A stretch of 24,000 nt of DNA from Bacillota bacterium (GTDB lineage Bacteria > Bacillota > UBA4882 > UBA8346). Under the pieces are notes generated by a model. That model saw only the letters and a program-made list of their open reading frames with translations, was not told the DNA's origin and ran no database searches. Of this stretch, positions 1 through 9,510 are shown in pieces. Position numbers and translations under genes: made by a program. Every line of letters begins with the position of its first letter. Positions within the stretch are counted from its first letter, which is position 1. The stretch is taken from positions 1 to 24,000 of the forward strand of contig JAEYRX010000076.1 in assembly GCA_023435225.1 (NCBI GenBank). The letters are read 5' to 3'.

Positions 1-31
1 CCGTTCTTGTAATACCGAAAGGAGTATTCTC

Positions 32-1030
32 ATGGAAGACAGAGATTCAGCAAGATTGGAATACATTAAAATGTCGTTGCAAAACAACGGGAAACCGAGT
101 TTGATGAGCCGCATATTAAAAAGTGAAACGATGGCTTTTTATGGATTTATCTCAATCTGGTTATTAGGCATCATTCTTTTATTGGTATTTCCCTTAATTA
201 TAGCAGTCGTAATCAGTTTTACCAATTTTAATGGTATGGATATCAAAGGAAGCGTATTCATAGGGCTTTCTAACTATATCGAAGCGTTTCGCAACCCGGA
301 AGCATGGTATACCATGCGGCAAACTTTAATTTATTCGTTATTGTCGATCCCTTTATCTTTGGTTACCGCTTTAGGCCTGGCTTTGGTATTAAACAAAAGA
401 ATACCGGGCCGCGGTTTTTACCGAACCGCTTTTTACCTGCCGACCATGATCCCAATAGCCGCCGCCGCTTTGATATTTAAATCAATTTTTGACTCGAATT
501 CGGGTTTTTTAAATTTATTCATCAGTATCTTCCGGCCCGGCACCGCCATTAATTGGCTTAATGATTACGGTCTGTATGTTCTGGTCGCGATGTCCGTCTG
601 GAGCTGCGGCACGGCGCTGGTGATTTTTTTAGCCGGTTTGCAGGGAGTACCCCATGAGCTTGAGGAAGCGGCCGCCATCGACGGCGCCGGGAAGTGGCAA
701 GTTTTCCGCCATGTAACCTGGCCGATATTAACTCCAATTACCTATTTTCAGATCGTCTTGGGAATTATCAACTCCTTACAAATGTTTATTCCGGGGAACA
801 TTATGAGCAGATTAACAGACATGGCAACTTTTTGGACCCCGCAACACAGCATGTATGTGTTCCCGGGTTACGCTATGAATCAAATAATGGTGGCCAACCG
901 GGCGGGATATGGAGTGGCCTTGATCTGGATTATGTTTATTATAACAATGTTAATTACTTTAGTTGTCTGGAAATCAAGCCAATATTGGGTTCATTATTCA
1001 ATCGAACAGGATGGGGGAAGTGAAAAATGA
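32..1030 (+). CDS. Carbohydrate ABC transporter permease (CUT1 family, MalF/UgpA-like)
   Basis: 332-aa ORF with multiple hydrophobic spans and the permease EAA loop (ELEEAAAIDGAGKWQVFRHVTWPILTP). SD AAAGGAG lies 7 nt before the ATG. The stop overlaps the next start (ATGA at 1027-1030). Confidence 0.9.
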   Translation: MEDRDSARLEYIKMSLQNNGKPSLMSRILKSETMAFYGFISIWLLGIILLLVFPLIIAVVISFTNFNGMDIKGSVFIGLSNYIEAFRNPEAWYTMRQTLIYSLLSIPLSLVTALGLALVLNKRIPGRGFYRTAFYLPTMIPIAAAALIFKSIFDSNSGFLNLFISIFRPGTAINWLNDYGLYVLVAMSVWSCGTALVIFLAGLQGVPHELEEAAAIDGAGKWQVFRHVTWPILTPITYFQIVLGIINSLQMFIPGNIMSRLTDMATFWTPQHSMYVFPGYAMNQIMVANRAGYGVALIWIMFIITMLITLVVWKSSQYWVHYSIEQDGGSEK

Positions 1031-1887
1031 GCGGGCGAAAAAACGGTTTCTTAATTGTATTATTGGTGTTTGCCAGCATTTTAGCGCTGTTTCCCCTTTG
1101 CTGGATGTTGATCATGGCCTTAAAAACTCCGGAAGAATTGACTATGTATCCGGTGACCATCCTCCCCAAGGTTGCGCTTTGGAAGCATTTCCGGGAAGTG
1201 CTTTTCGACCCGCGGACAATTGACTTCTTTAATTCTTTACGAAACTCATTAACACTCAGTATAACGGTAACGGCGTTGGTCACAATATCGAGCGCTTTGG
1301 CGGGCTTCGGTTTCGCCCGATACAGAGCCCCCGGCCGGAACTTCCTTTTTGGAATCGTCCTGGCGACCATGATGTTGCCCCAATTAGCAACCTTGATTCC
1401 TCAATACATTATGTTTTCCCAACTAAATATATTAAATAAGCCTTGGCCCTTATGCTATCTGCCGTTTTGGCTCAATGCCGCCCCCGGCTGGGGAATCTTT
1501 ATTTTCTTGTTTCGCCAATTTTTTGCCAGCCTGCCCAAGGAGCTTGAAGATGCGGCCTTAATTGACGGTTGCGGACGGTTCAGAACCTTTTGGAACATCT
1601 TTTTCCCATTATCGAGTCCGGCTATTATTACCACTTGTATTTTTACTTTTCAATGGACTTATGCGGATTTTTTGGCACCGTTAATATATTTAACAGACCA
1701 AAACCAGACTTTGGCGGTCCAAATGCAAAATGTGCGCTTACCAAATGTTAGTTACACCCTTCCGATCCCTAACACCCCCTATCAAATGACGGTAGGAGTG
1801 TTATATACCTTGCCGTTGATAATATTGTTCTTTGCCGCGCAACGGTACTTTATGAGAGGTATCGCCACTACCGGAGTCAAAGGGTAA
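1027..1887 (+). CDS. Carbohydrate ABC transporter permease (CUT1 family, MalG/UgpE-like)
   Basis: 286-aa ORF with an N-terminal membrane anchor and EAA loop ELEDAALIDGCGRFRTFWNIFFPLSSP. Translationally coupled to the upstream permease. Confidence 0.9.
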   Translation: MSGRKNGFLIVLLVFASILALFPLCWMLIMALKTPEELTMYPVTILPKVALWKHFREVLFDPRTIDFFNSLRNSLTLSITVTALVTISSALAGFGFARYRAPGRNFLFGIVLATMMLPQLATLIPQYIMFSQLNILNKPWPLCYLPFWLNAAPGWGIFIFLFRQFFASLPKELEDAALIDGCGRFRTFWNIFFPLSSPAIITTCIFTFQWTYADFLAPLIYLTDQNQTLAVQMQNVRLPNVSYTLPIPNTPYQMTVGVLYTLPLIILFFAAQRYFMRGIATTGVKG

Positions 1888-1907
1888 TCAAACGGGCAAA
1901 ACTTTTG

Positions 1908-1951
1908 ATAATAAACCAAATTGCCGCTTCAACGGCAATTTGGTTTATTAT
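1908..1951 (+). terminator. Stem-loop after the permease pair (probable terminator)
   Basis: Perfect 19-bp inverted repeat ATAATAAACCAAATTGCCG / CGGCAATTTGGTTTATTAT with a 6-nt loop, starting 21 nt after the stop at 1887. There is no long T-run after the stem (only the T-rich stem end), so efficiency is uncertain. Confidence 0.55.
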
Positions 1952-2089
1952 GGTTCCTTAATTTCACCGGCTGAATAATGATGGGGAACCGGCGGATTTC
2001 CTCATATAAGCGGGACCTAACGGAGGATAATTCTATTTTTTGTTGAAATTAAATTTATGGAATAGAATACTAAGCAAGGAAGATGAAAA

Positions 2090-3931
2090 ATGAACCTTGG
2101 TCGGTTCAAGTATGGCAGCCTTCAAATCAAGATACTACTTGTGATCTTGTTCGTTTCCTTATTAAACGCAGGGCTTACCGCCTTTTTTTTCTCCACGCGC
2201 GTTAAAAATCAGATTACGGCCACAACTTATCAAAGCCTGCAAATTTCACTGCAGCATGCGGAGTCTAGGGTTTTAAACGAAATTACGCGGCGCTCTGAAA
2301 TGATTTATAGTTTGGCTAATCAAATTGATTTATTGGCCACTAAAGACCCGGATAAGATCCAAAGTTTTTTAAACAGATATTTAGTCGGTATCCACGTTAA
2401 CCTCAATAATTCAGTCAATGATTCAACCAATGTGTTGGCCGCTTATATCGTGTATCCGGATGGAAAACTGATTTACGCGGGACTCGACAACGCCTTGAAT
2501 GACCTGAAAAAACGGCCGTGGTGGCATCAGATCCTTAATGGAAAGACCCCGGATGAAGAATTGGGCTTTCAAATGAATTCCACTTCCACGGAACTATATA
2601 GCAGATTAAGCTTTATCGGAAATATTCGCGACAACATTCAACCCAGCGCCATAATGCCGCTATATTGGGTAGCCACTAAAAATTTTGGCAGTTTAAAATA
2701 TGTTGTCGGGATTGACTTTAACGCCGACTTGTCGGATACCCCGATTGGACCGTTGTTTCCAATCAACGAACCGGTGGGAGAACTTTTTGACGCCAAAGGA
2801 CTTCTGTTGGCCATTCCTTCCCAGGGAAGCATTGTCAATGAAAAATACCGTCTTTTTAAAAATTATGCCGGAAATAATCCGCTGCTGGCCAAAGCACTGG
2901 CGGATGACCCTGGTGTTTCCGAAGGTCATCTAATTTATCAAAACGGCAAAAAAAAAGAGTTGGGAATGTATCGGCGTGGCTTCATGGGTTATATTTATAC
3001 TCAATCGCTTCCTTTGAATGAAGTATATGGTCCGATTAGCCGGGAAATAACCTCCGTGATTTGGATCAGTGTGTTGATTGCTTTCAGCGCAGCTTTGATT
3101 TTGACCTGGTTTCTACTCCTGGATGTTGTCCGTCCGTTCCATCGGCTTTCTCTGGCAATAAACCGGCTTGGCCAAGGGGATTTTACTACCCGCATTGCTG
3201 AGCGGCGCAAAGACGAGTTTGGGCATCTTTACCAAAGTTTCAACTCCACCGCAGCCCAACTGGAGTTATTAATCCAAGAAGCTTATGTGCAACGATTAGC
3301 CCGGCGTCAATCCGAGTTGGAATTTCTCCAAGCCCAGATTAATCCCCATTTTTTATATAATACGCTGGATTGCATCTACCGCTTGATCATGGGCGGCGAC
3401 CATGAAGAAGGTGGTAAAGCCATTATCAACCTATCCCGGTTATTCCGGCTCAGCCTGGGCCGCGGGCCCGCCATTGTCAATATTAAATCGGCTATAGAAC
3501 AATTGAGCCACTATATCAATTTACAGCAACTGCGCCATGGTGACCGGATTCAAGTGGAGATCCGGATTGAGCCTGATATATTAAGATACCAAATTCCCAA
3601 GCTGCTTCTGCAACCTATTGTGGAAAACGCCTTCATCCACGGTCTTGAGCCTAAACAAGGAAACGGCTTGTTATCCATTATAGGGTTGCGCGAAAATAAC
3701 ACCATTCATTTTATCATTTCCGATAACGGGATCGGCTTAAATCAGGAACAATTATTGAAATCACAAGCCGATTTATCGGATACTGCGACCAAAAAAGCCC
3801 ATGGAATGGTTAACGTGCACCGCAGGCTGAAACTGGCTTATGGTGAAGAATGGGGGATTACACTATCCGCCAATCCTGACGGTGGATTACGAGTGGATAT
3901 CCGTTGGCCGGCCCAGGAGATTGACGGATGA
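2090..3931 (+). CDS. Sensor histidine kinase, YesM-type (two TM segments, large extracytoplasmic domain, HAMP, LytS/YehU-type His kinase, HATPase)
   Basis: 613 aa. TM1 ILLVILFVSLLNAGLTAFFF, ~290-aa external domain, TM2 VIWISVLIAFSAALILTWFLLL. HAMP-like RPFHRLSLAINRLGQGDFTTRI, phosphoacceptor box FLQAQINPHFLYNTL, ATPase boxes QPIVENAFIHG and SDNGIGL. Confidence 0.9.
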   Translation: MNLGRFKYGSLQIKILLVILFVSLLNAGLTAFFFSTRVKNQITATTYQSLQISLQHAESRVLNEITRRSEMIYSLANQIDLLATKDPDKIQSFLNRYLVGIHVNLNNSVNDSTNVLAAYIVYPDGKLIYAGLDNALNDLKKRPWWHQILNGKTPDEELGFQMNSTSTELYSRLSFIGNIRDNIQPSAIMPLYWVATKNFGSLKYVVGIDFNADLSDTPIGPLFPINEPVGELFDAKGLLLAIPSQGSIVNEKYRLFKNYAGNNPLLAKALADDPGVSEGHLIYQNGKKKELGMYRRGFMGYIYTQSLPLNEVYGPISREITSVIWISVLIAFSAALILTWFLLLDVVRPFHRLSLAINRLGQGDFTTRIAERRKDEFGHLYQSFNSTAAQLELLIQEAYVQRLARRQSELEFLQAQINPHFLYNTLDCIYRLIMGGDHEEGGKAIINLSRLFRLSLGRGPAIVNIKSAIEQLSHYINLQQLRHGDRIQVEIRIEPDILRYQIPKLLLQPIVENAFIHGLEPKQGNGLLSIIGLRENNTIHFIISDNGIGLNQEQLLKSQADLSDTATKKAHGMVNVHRRLKLAYGEEWGITLSANPDGGLRVDIRWPAQEIDG

Positions 3932-5550
3932 TAGACAAAGGAGGCGCTCCTATGTTTAAGTTATTAATTGCCGATGATGAACCCGGGTCAAGAGAATGGC
4001 TGGCCCGGGAAATAGCCTGGGAAGATCACGATATCTGCATTGTCGGTCCCGCCGTGGACGGGGTGGAAGCTTGGCAGTTGATTCAGGAAGAAAAACCGGA
4101 AATTATTCTGACTGACATCCGAATGCCGGGGATGGCCGGTATTGATCTGGCGAAGTTGGTGATGATGCATTATCCCCATTCCCGGATTTTGGTCATCAGC
4201 GGCTATGATGAATTTTCCTATGTGAAGTCTTGCTTGGAAATCGGCGTTTCCGGCTATATTTTAAAACCTTCTCCCCGTGAAGAGATTCTGACAGCGGTCC
4301 TCAAGGAATGTGAAATTTTGGTCCAAAGACGGGCTAACGATGAAGCTCAAGCCCAAATGCGGCTCCAGTTGGAGGCCAGTCAGCCTATGTTACGGGAACA
4401 GTTTTTACGGGAGTTGTTTCAGGGCGAATTAGAGGAGAACGACTTACGAGAGCGCCTCGGCTTTCTCCAATTACCATTGGAACCCGAGCAACCTGTGGTT
4501 GCATTGGTTTGTAAAGTGGAAGATCATGCCGGATTGTATTTGAATTACAATGAAAAGGAACGGCAGCTAATTTGGCTGTCAATCCATCACCTGGTCGAAA
4601 CCGCCTTTGCCCAAGCCGGTTTAGCAACCCGGTTGGAACGCGGACTTATCGGAGGACTTATTTTCGTTAATCAGTCGGGAGGCAGCCTGTCTAAGCTTGC
4701 CGATGGTCTGGCCCGCGACATTCTGGATCAGGCTCGGTTGCAGTTGCCTTGCGCGCTACAGATCGGTATCGGAGGAGTAGCGCCGAGCCTTATCGAGGCG
4801 GCCCGCTCATTCGAACAAGCCAAACAAGCTTTGCGGTTCCAATCCAGTTTGGGCGTGGAAGCAATTGCCACGCATTCCGCCAAGGAGACGCAAGTTCCCA
4901 CGTTTTTACCAAGGGACGAAGAAAGGTTAAGCGTTTGCTTGGAAACCGGCCAAGCGCCGGAAACCATCCATTTAATATTAGAACAAGTGTTTTCCACAGG
5001 TTGGGAACAGTCCGAACCGAACCCATGGCAGCGTGAAACTGGATGGATCCTCACCGGCGCGCTGGTCCGGATCGCGCAACGGGCTGGATTGAATCTCCAA
5101 GAAGCGCTGAAGGATGATGAATATGCTTTGTTGATGCATGGCGGTCCAACGGGACCAACCCAATATCTGATTGAGTGGTGGGAGTCCCGGTTCAATCAAT
5201 TAGGAGATGCGATTCGCAAAATGACCAGCACCTCGCTGCGGGGTTGTATCCGTCAGGTAAAAGATTATATTGATAATCATTTAGCTGAGACCATCTCCCT
5301 CTCCCAGGTAGCCCGCTCGGTATTTCTAAGTCCGCAGTATCTAAGCCGCCTTTTCCGGGAACAAACCAATGAGAGTTTTTCGGATTACGTAACCCGTCGC
5401 AAGATGGAAGTAGCTCGTTCCTTGCTGGAATCAGGCGAGAAAAAAATCTATGAGGTGGCCACCGCCGTTGGTTATACCGACCCCTCCTATTTCGGCCGGG
5501 TTTTCCGCCAATACTATAATGTTACCCCGATGGATTATAAAAAGGTGTGA
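3928..5550 (+). CDS. Response regulator with AraC/XylS-type HTH output (YesN-type)
   Basis: REC domain (LLIADDEP ... TDIRMPGMAGIDL ... VISGY ... KP) plus a C-terminal AraC HTH (LSPQYLSRLFRE ... VATAVGYTDPSYFGRVFRQYYNVTPMDYKK). The ATG at 3928 overlaps the kinase stop (ATGA). An in-frame ATG at 3952 is preceded by AAAGGAGG with a 7-nt spacer, gives the classical MFKLLIADDE N-terminus, and may be the real start. Confidence 0.9.
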   Translation: MIDKGGAPMFKLLIADDEPGSREWLAREIAWEDHDICIVGPAVDGVEAWQLIQEEKPEIILTDIRMPGMAGIDLAKLVMMHYPHSRILVISGYDEFSYVKSCLEIGVSGYILKPSPREEILTAVLKECEILVQRRANDEAQAQMRLQLEASQPMLREQFLRELFQGELEENDLRERLGFLQLPLEPEQPVVALVCKVEDHAGLYLNYNEKERQLIWLSIHHLVETAFAQAGLATRLERGLIGGLIFVNQSGGSLSKLADGLARDILDQARLQLPCALQIGIGGVAPSLIEAARSFEQAKQALRFQSSLGVEAIATHSAKETQVPTFLPRDEERLSVCLETGQAPETIHLILEQVFSTGWEQSEPNPWQRETGWILTGALVRIAQRAGLNLQEALKDDEYALLMHGGPTGPTQYLIEWWESRFNQLGDAIRKMTSTSLRGCIRQVKDYIDNHLAETISLSQVARSVFLSPQYLSRLFREQTNESFSDYVTRRKMEVARSLLESGEKKIYEVATAVGYTDPSYFGRVFRQYYNVTPMDYKKV

Positions 5551-5554
5551 CCTC

Positions 5555-6313
5555 TTATTTGGTATACCTTACCCAGTCATACACGGCATGAAGCGGACCG
5601 GTATATTGGAAAGGCGCCAGCCAATTGTCCACGCCGGTTCCAGCCCAAAGGTTCATCATAATCCGTTGCGGATGGGTCGGGATATCTTTAGTGGCGGTAC
5701 ACTTCAACACACCATCGACATACCAATCAATTTTTTCCTTACTCCAGACGATCTTATAGTCGTGAAAATCTTCCGAAGCATCAAACCCCAGGTTATCAAT
5801 ATACTCATGATTACCCTGACCGTTGGTGAAATAATTGAACTGGACAATAGTAGTGTCCCTTCCTAAAAACTCGATATCAATCTCATCCCAGGGCTGACCA
5901 TCATAAGGTCCGGTATAGGTAAAAAAAGAAGAGACGATACCTTTTTGTTTTACGGCTTTCATCCGGACTTCAAAAGTTCCGTATTGATAAAACTGCGCGG
6001 TACGGTACTCACCTGAGGTGAACGGTTGACCACAACTCGCTTGGTTATCAAGAGTTAACGTCAAAACGCCATTGCCGGCCACAGCATGGTCGGCCATCCA
6101 ACCAACCCGGAACATATTGCCGTTGCTCCATCCGCTGGAAGCAGTCCATAAGGGGTCTTTTCCCTCTTTAAAATCGGAAAGGAAGGAATCTCCAACCGTC
6201 AGTTGGGGATTTTCCCGCCCGTTGTCGTTGCAAAAGCCTGCCGGTAGAACGGCCACCATTAACAACGCCAATACAATTAACCCGCTTTTTAGTTGTTTCA
6301 TCCGTTCATTCAT
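5555..6313 (-). CDS. bglS: Secreted GH16 beta-1,3-1,4-glucanase (licheninase)
   Basis: 252 aa with an N-terminal signal peptide. Collinear with Bacillus lichenases as I recall them: GIVSSFFTYTGP, PWDEIDIEFLG (catalytic ExDxE), VQFNYFTNG, IMMNLWAGTGVDNWL, YDWVRYTK. SD AGGAGG lies 9 nt upstream of the ATG. Confidence 0.9.
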   Translation of the reverse strand: MNERMKQLKSGLIVLALLMVAVLPAGFCNDNGRENPQLTVGDSFLSDFKEGKDPLWTASSGWSNGNMFRVGWMADHAVAGNGVLTLTLDNQASCGQPFTSGEYRTAQFYQYGTFEVRMKAVKQKGIVSSFFTYTGPYDGQPWDEIDIEFLGRDTTIVQFNYFTNGQGNHEYIDNLGFDASEDFHDYKIVWSKEKIDWYVDGVLKCTATKDIPTHPQRIMMNLWAGTGVDNWLAPFQYTGPLHAVYDWVRYTK

Positions 6314-6373
6314 CCCCCAAAACCTCCTATAAAATTATTATCAATTTTGAATTGGCGATCCAGGTTTATATTA

Positions 6374-7219
6374 TTATTTTTGATATACCCGGACATAGTC
6401 GACCAGCATTTTTTGAGGGAAAACGGTGGTGGCATCCGGATAGCCAGGCCAAGAACCCCCGACTGCTACATTTAGCAGAATAAAAAACGGGTGCTCAAAA
6501 ACCCATTTATCCATAATATCCCCGGGCTCCATAGTGAAATAACACTTATCATCAAAATACCAACGGATTCGGTTTGGTTCCCATTCGATAGCGTAAATGT
6601 GAAAGTCATCGGAGATTTTCTTATTCTTGGTTTGGAACAAATTGGTCGGTCCCTTGGCCCCGGAATATCCTGGCCCGTGGATTGTTCCATGGATAATGTC
6701 GGGTTCCCGTCCTAGATTTTCCATAATATCAATCTCACCACAGTTAGGCCAATTATTGGTCTCAATATCATTGCCCAACATCCAGAAAGCCGGCCATATT
6801 CCTTGTCCGGAAGGCAGTTTGATCCGGGCTTCAATTCTCCCGTATAGCGGCTCAAACCTACCCTTGGTCTTGATTCGGCCGGAAGTGTATTCCCGGTTTT
6901 CATAATCTTCCCGGAGGGCTTGAATGACCAGAAAACCGTTTTCTTGATAAACGTTCGCAGTCCGGTCGGTGTAACATTCGGCCTCTTCATTGCCCCAACC
7001 CCAGCCACCGAGATCATACTCCCATTTGGTGGGGTCAACCGGGGAACCGTCCGGCCCGTTAAACTCGTCGCTCCAAACCAGCTTCCATTGTGGCGAATTC
7101 GGAGACGCCGCGTTTACTTGGGCATGAATCGTCAAAGGAATGACAGTAAGGATCACTAAACAAAAGGCGGCAATGATTAGAATGATTTCTCCGTTTATAA
7201 CCAACATTATCTCCTCCAT
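6374..7219 (-). CDS. Secreted GH16 endo-beta-1,3-glucanase (laminarinase)
   Basis: 281 aa with a hydrophobic N-terminal signal/anchor ending AQVNA. Laminarinase-type GH16 motifs: WKLVWSDEFNG, GWGNEE, YTSGRIKTK, WPAFWMLG, catalytic GEIDIMEN. Alternative start at ATG 7207, with GGAGG 5 nt upstream. Confidence 0.88.
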   Translation of the reverse strand: MEEIMLVINGEIILIIAAFCLVILTVIPLTIHAQVNAASPNSPQWKLVWSDEFNGPDGSPVDPTKWEYDLGGWGWGNEEAECYTDRTANVYQENGFLVIQALREDYENREYTSGRIKTKGRFEPLYGRIEARIKLPSGQGIWPAFWMLGNDIETNNWPNCGEIDIMENLGREPDIIHGTIHGPGYSGAKGPTNLFQTKNKKISDDFHIYAIEWEPNRIRWYFDDKCYFTMEPGDIMDKWVFEHPFFILLNVAVGGSWPGYPDATTVFPQKMLVDYVRVYQK

Positions 7220-7239
7220 GTTATAAAAAATGGATTGCT

Positions 7240-9501
7240 TTATTTTTCATAAATATCATACGCATGTTTCAAGGCCCAAATAGCAGTGGCCCGCATGTAA
7301 TAAGGAGCCCGGATTGTTCCATCGGCGCACCAGGCTTCGGGGGTCCGAAACCAAAGGGCGTTAGTGTTCCAAATCGTATTATAAACACTATACCCTAATT
7401 CTTCAGCCTCTTTTTCCATGCCTTGCTGCAGCATTCCGGCCGAGACCGACCAGGCCACTCCGGTCCAGACTTCATAGGTTTGGAGACGCAAAGCATCCAA
7501 TTTGCCGTCGGGATAAATTACATTTACCGGGCCCATTTGTCCGGATTTGAATTTCTTAAAGTTATTTTCATATATACTCCGGTACGCTTTCACGGCGTGA
7601 TCGTCGGAGACAATCCCCGGCAAACCACATGCTTTGGCGTACCATTGCCCGCACAATTGATCCACCATTATCCGGAGGTTATTCTCCTTGCTACTGCCGG
7701 TATCGATCTTATAATAACTGCCGGTCCAAAGTTTGCTTTCATAATTTTGTTGGCCTAATGCCAACCAAGCTTGATAGGTTTCGGCCAACTCCTGGTCGCC
7801 CAATGTCCCGGCTAATTTCGCCGCGGCTTGACAAGCAGCCAGAAACAACCCACCGCAATAGGCGGTATTACCATACAGTTCCATATCATCATAAGTTTGA
7901 TCCGCGCCATTGCTGTTGGGCAAACCGTCCCCATCCGTATCCTGGCTATGGACCTTGGCCATAGCTAATTTTACCGATGGCCAGCAATACTTCAGAAAAG
8001 CCTGGTCCTTCTCCCCGGTTAAAGCCCAATCACGGTAAACCATGAGAACAAACTTGGAGTTGAGGTCCTTCCAGTCGAGGGTATCCCGGTAGGTATAGGC
8101 GTTCCATTTGATGAAAACGCTTTTCGGGTCGCCGAAATCATGGGCGCAAGTCCCCAATGGAACGGGGCGGTCCTTGCGGTTGGTCGTGATGCTGTCACTG
8201 AACTGGCGGACACATTGCTTGTCAATCTCCGGCCAGTTTTGCAGTAAAGCCCAGGAGCCGTAAAAACGCACATCAGAGGTGCCATAGAATGGATATTGGA
8301 AACTCTCCAGGTGGCTGAACATATCTTCGTTAGGGTTATCAGCCTGGCCTGAAGCCGCTCCAACCTCCCAAACCGTCCCGCCGACGACCAGGTCATACAA
8401 TTCGTTGAATAACGACTGTTTCAACCAATCCGGATAGCGGAGGTCTGAAAACACTCCGGTTTGCCAACGATCTATCGCCTCTTCCCATTGACAATATTCC
8501 GATAAGGCTTCTACCGCGATCTTCCAGGAATTCAAACCCGTTCGCCCAAAAAAGCGGGTATACCGTTTATACCATTGACAAGGACTATCATATGAGCTAA
8601 AGGAAATCGGCATATCCCAAGCTACTACGATTGGGACGACGACCGATTGACCCGGCGCGATCATGGCCGTCACAGCCAGGCCACCGATTTTATCAGCGCC
8701 GACACGATTATTCAACGCCCCGTCTTCGTCAAAATCGGCCCTCAGCTCATCCGGGCCGGAGGCTGATGCGTAGGATACCCTTATATTATCGCTGTTTTCA
8801 CTGGCCAAAGTCATTTCCAGTTCATATTCTTTGGTAGCCGAAGCGGAGCCTTCCCGGCGCAAAATCAAGCCGGTCTTATTGCCGAAATTTACGGCTTCCG
8901 TAAAACTGCCGCTGGAATTATGCCAAATGAGCATCAGGCTAACCTGGCAGGTTTTTGAAGTGGGGTTGGAAAGTGTCCATTTATAAACTCCCACCGGGTA
9001 GCTGGTCCGTTGATAGTCATTGGGAATGACCGGGCTAAACTGAGTAACAACGGCTTTGCATTGAAAAGCTTCGCCGTAATAATCGACCCAAGCCTTCGGG
9101 TATAGGGCATAATAATTAGCCTGGTTGGGTCCGAGTTCCCCGGCGGTCAATTTGGTAGCGACAGGCTTGCCGTTTTCCGGTTTTTGAAACATATAAAAAC
9201 CGCAATTATCATTCGTCAACATCCCGTTGACTCCCGGGTATAAGCGGGAATAAAATTGCCCGTCGTACCGCCAGGTAAAACTACCGGAACCAAATCCGCC
9301 AATCGGAGCCCCATCCTTATATCCGCTCCCGGCGATATCGCGTTTCCAAGCAACTGCTGGAATGGCGACACTGGCCGTAACCTCATGCTTGGTCTCCGCT
9401 ATCACGGTCGCCGTCGCGACAGGGAAGTTGTTTGCAAAAATGAAAAAGCTTAAAAGTAATAAAATAAGTGGAAAACAACGGATGTTATCTTTTTGGTTCA
9501 T
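7240..9501 (-). CDS. Secreted GH116-family beta-glucosidase (GBA2 / glucosylceramidase-like)
   Basis: 753 aa with a signal peptide (MNQKDNIRCFPLILLLLSFFIFA). N-terminal GBA2_N-like PIGGFGSGSF. The C-terminal region is collinear with my recollection of GBA2/bacterial GH116: HLESFQYPFYGTSDVRFY (nucleophile-Glu motif), WKDLNSKFVLMVYRD, GADQTYDD (acid/base-Asp motif), AYCGGLFLAA, DQLCGQWY, FRTPEAW. SD AGGAGG lies 7 nt before the ATG. Confidence 0.8.
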   Translation of the reverse strand: MNQKDNIRCFPLILLLLSFFIFANNFPVATATVIAETKHEVTASVAIPAVAWKRDIAGSGYKDGAPIGGFGSGSFTWRYDGQFYSRLYPGVNGMLTNDNCGFYMFQKPENGKPVATKLTAGELGPNQANYYALYPKAWVDYYGEAFQCKAVVTQFSPVIPNDYQRTSYPVGVYKWTLSNPTSKTCQVSLMLIWHNSSGSFTEAVNFGNKTGLILRREGSASATKEYELEMTLASENSDNIRVSYASASGPDELRADFDEDGALNNRVGADKIGGLAVTAMIAPGQSVVVPIVVAWDMPISFSSYDSPCQWYKRYTRFFGRTGLNSWKIAVEALSEYCQWEEAIDRWQTGVFSDLRYPDWLKQSLFNELYDLVVGGTVWEVGAASGQADNPNEDMFSHLESFQYPFYGTSDVRFYGSWALLQNWPEIDKQCVRQFSDSITTNRKDRPVPLGTCAHDFGDPKSVFIKWNAYTYRDTLDWKDLNSKFVLMVYRDWALTGEKDQAFLKYCWPSVKLAMAKVHSQDTDGDGLPNSNGADQTYDDMELYGNTAYCGGLFLAACQAAAKLAGTLGDQELAETYQAWLALGQQNYESKLWTGSYYKIDTGSSKENNLRIMVDQLCGQWYAKACGLPGIVSDDHAVKAYRSIYENNFKKFKSGQMGPVNVIYPDGKLDALRLQTYEVWTGVAWSVSAGMLQQGMEKEAEELGYSVYNTIWNTNALWFRTPEAWCADGTIRAPYYMRATAIWALKHAYDIYEK

Positions 9502-9510
9502 CGGAATACC

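Noticed and set aside
1-13. Tail of an upstream gene (CCG TTC TTG TAA), presumably the cognate CUT1 binding protein
   Set aside because: Only four codons are visible, so no feature can be supported.
2043-2071. TTGAAA-17-AATACT (or TTGTTG-17-TAGAAT) promoter-like hexamers, plus an 8-bp inverted repeat ATTCTATT/AATAGAAT, upstream of the kinase gene
   Set aside because: The predicted transcription start would fall on or after the AAGGAAG ribosome-binding site of the kinase gene. The hexamer matches are weak in an AT-rich spacer, so this is not reportable as a feature.
4728-5195. Antisense or alternative-frame ORFs inside large genes (for example 4728-5195 -, 8019-8396 -, 16610-16978 +, 20198-20614 +, 954-1370 -)
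   Set aside because: All are nested within strongly supported genes on the other strand or frame. Their composition is biased (Pro/Arg/Gly- or Ile/Lys-rich) and they carry no motifs.
5540-5560. Possible bidirectional terminator between the convergent response-regulator and lichenase genes
   Set aside because: Only 4 nt separate the stop codons, and the best hairpin is AGGT-gtg-ACCT (4 bp). That is too weak to call, so termination signals must lie elsewhere.
7240-9501. Suspicion that the GH116 enzyme lacks its catalytic nucleophile (no Glu in DGDGLPNSNGADQTYDD)
   Set aside because: On re-alignment to my recollection of GBA2, the nucleophile Glu belongs to the upstream LE..(Y)...DV.FY motif, which is present here as HLESFQYPFYGTSDVRFY. 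The DQTYD Asp is also present. There is no evidence of inactivation.
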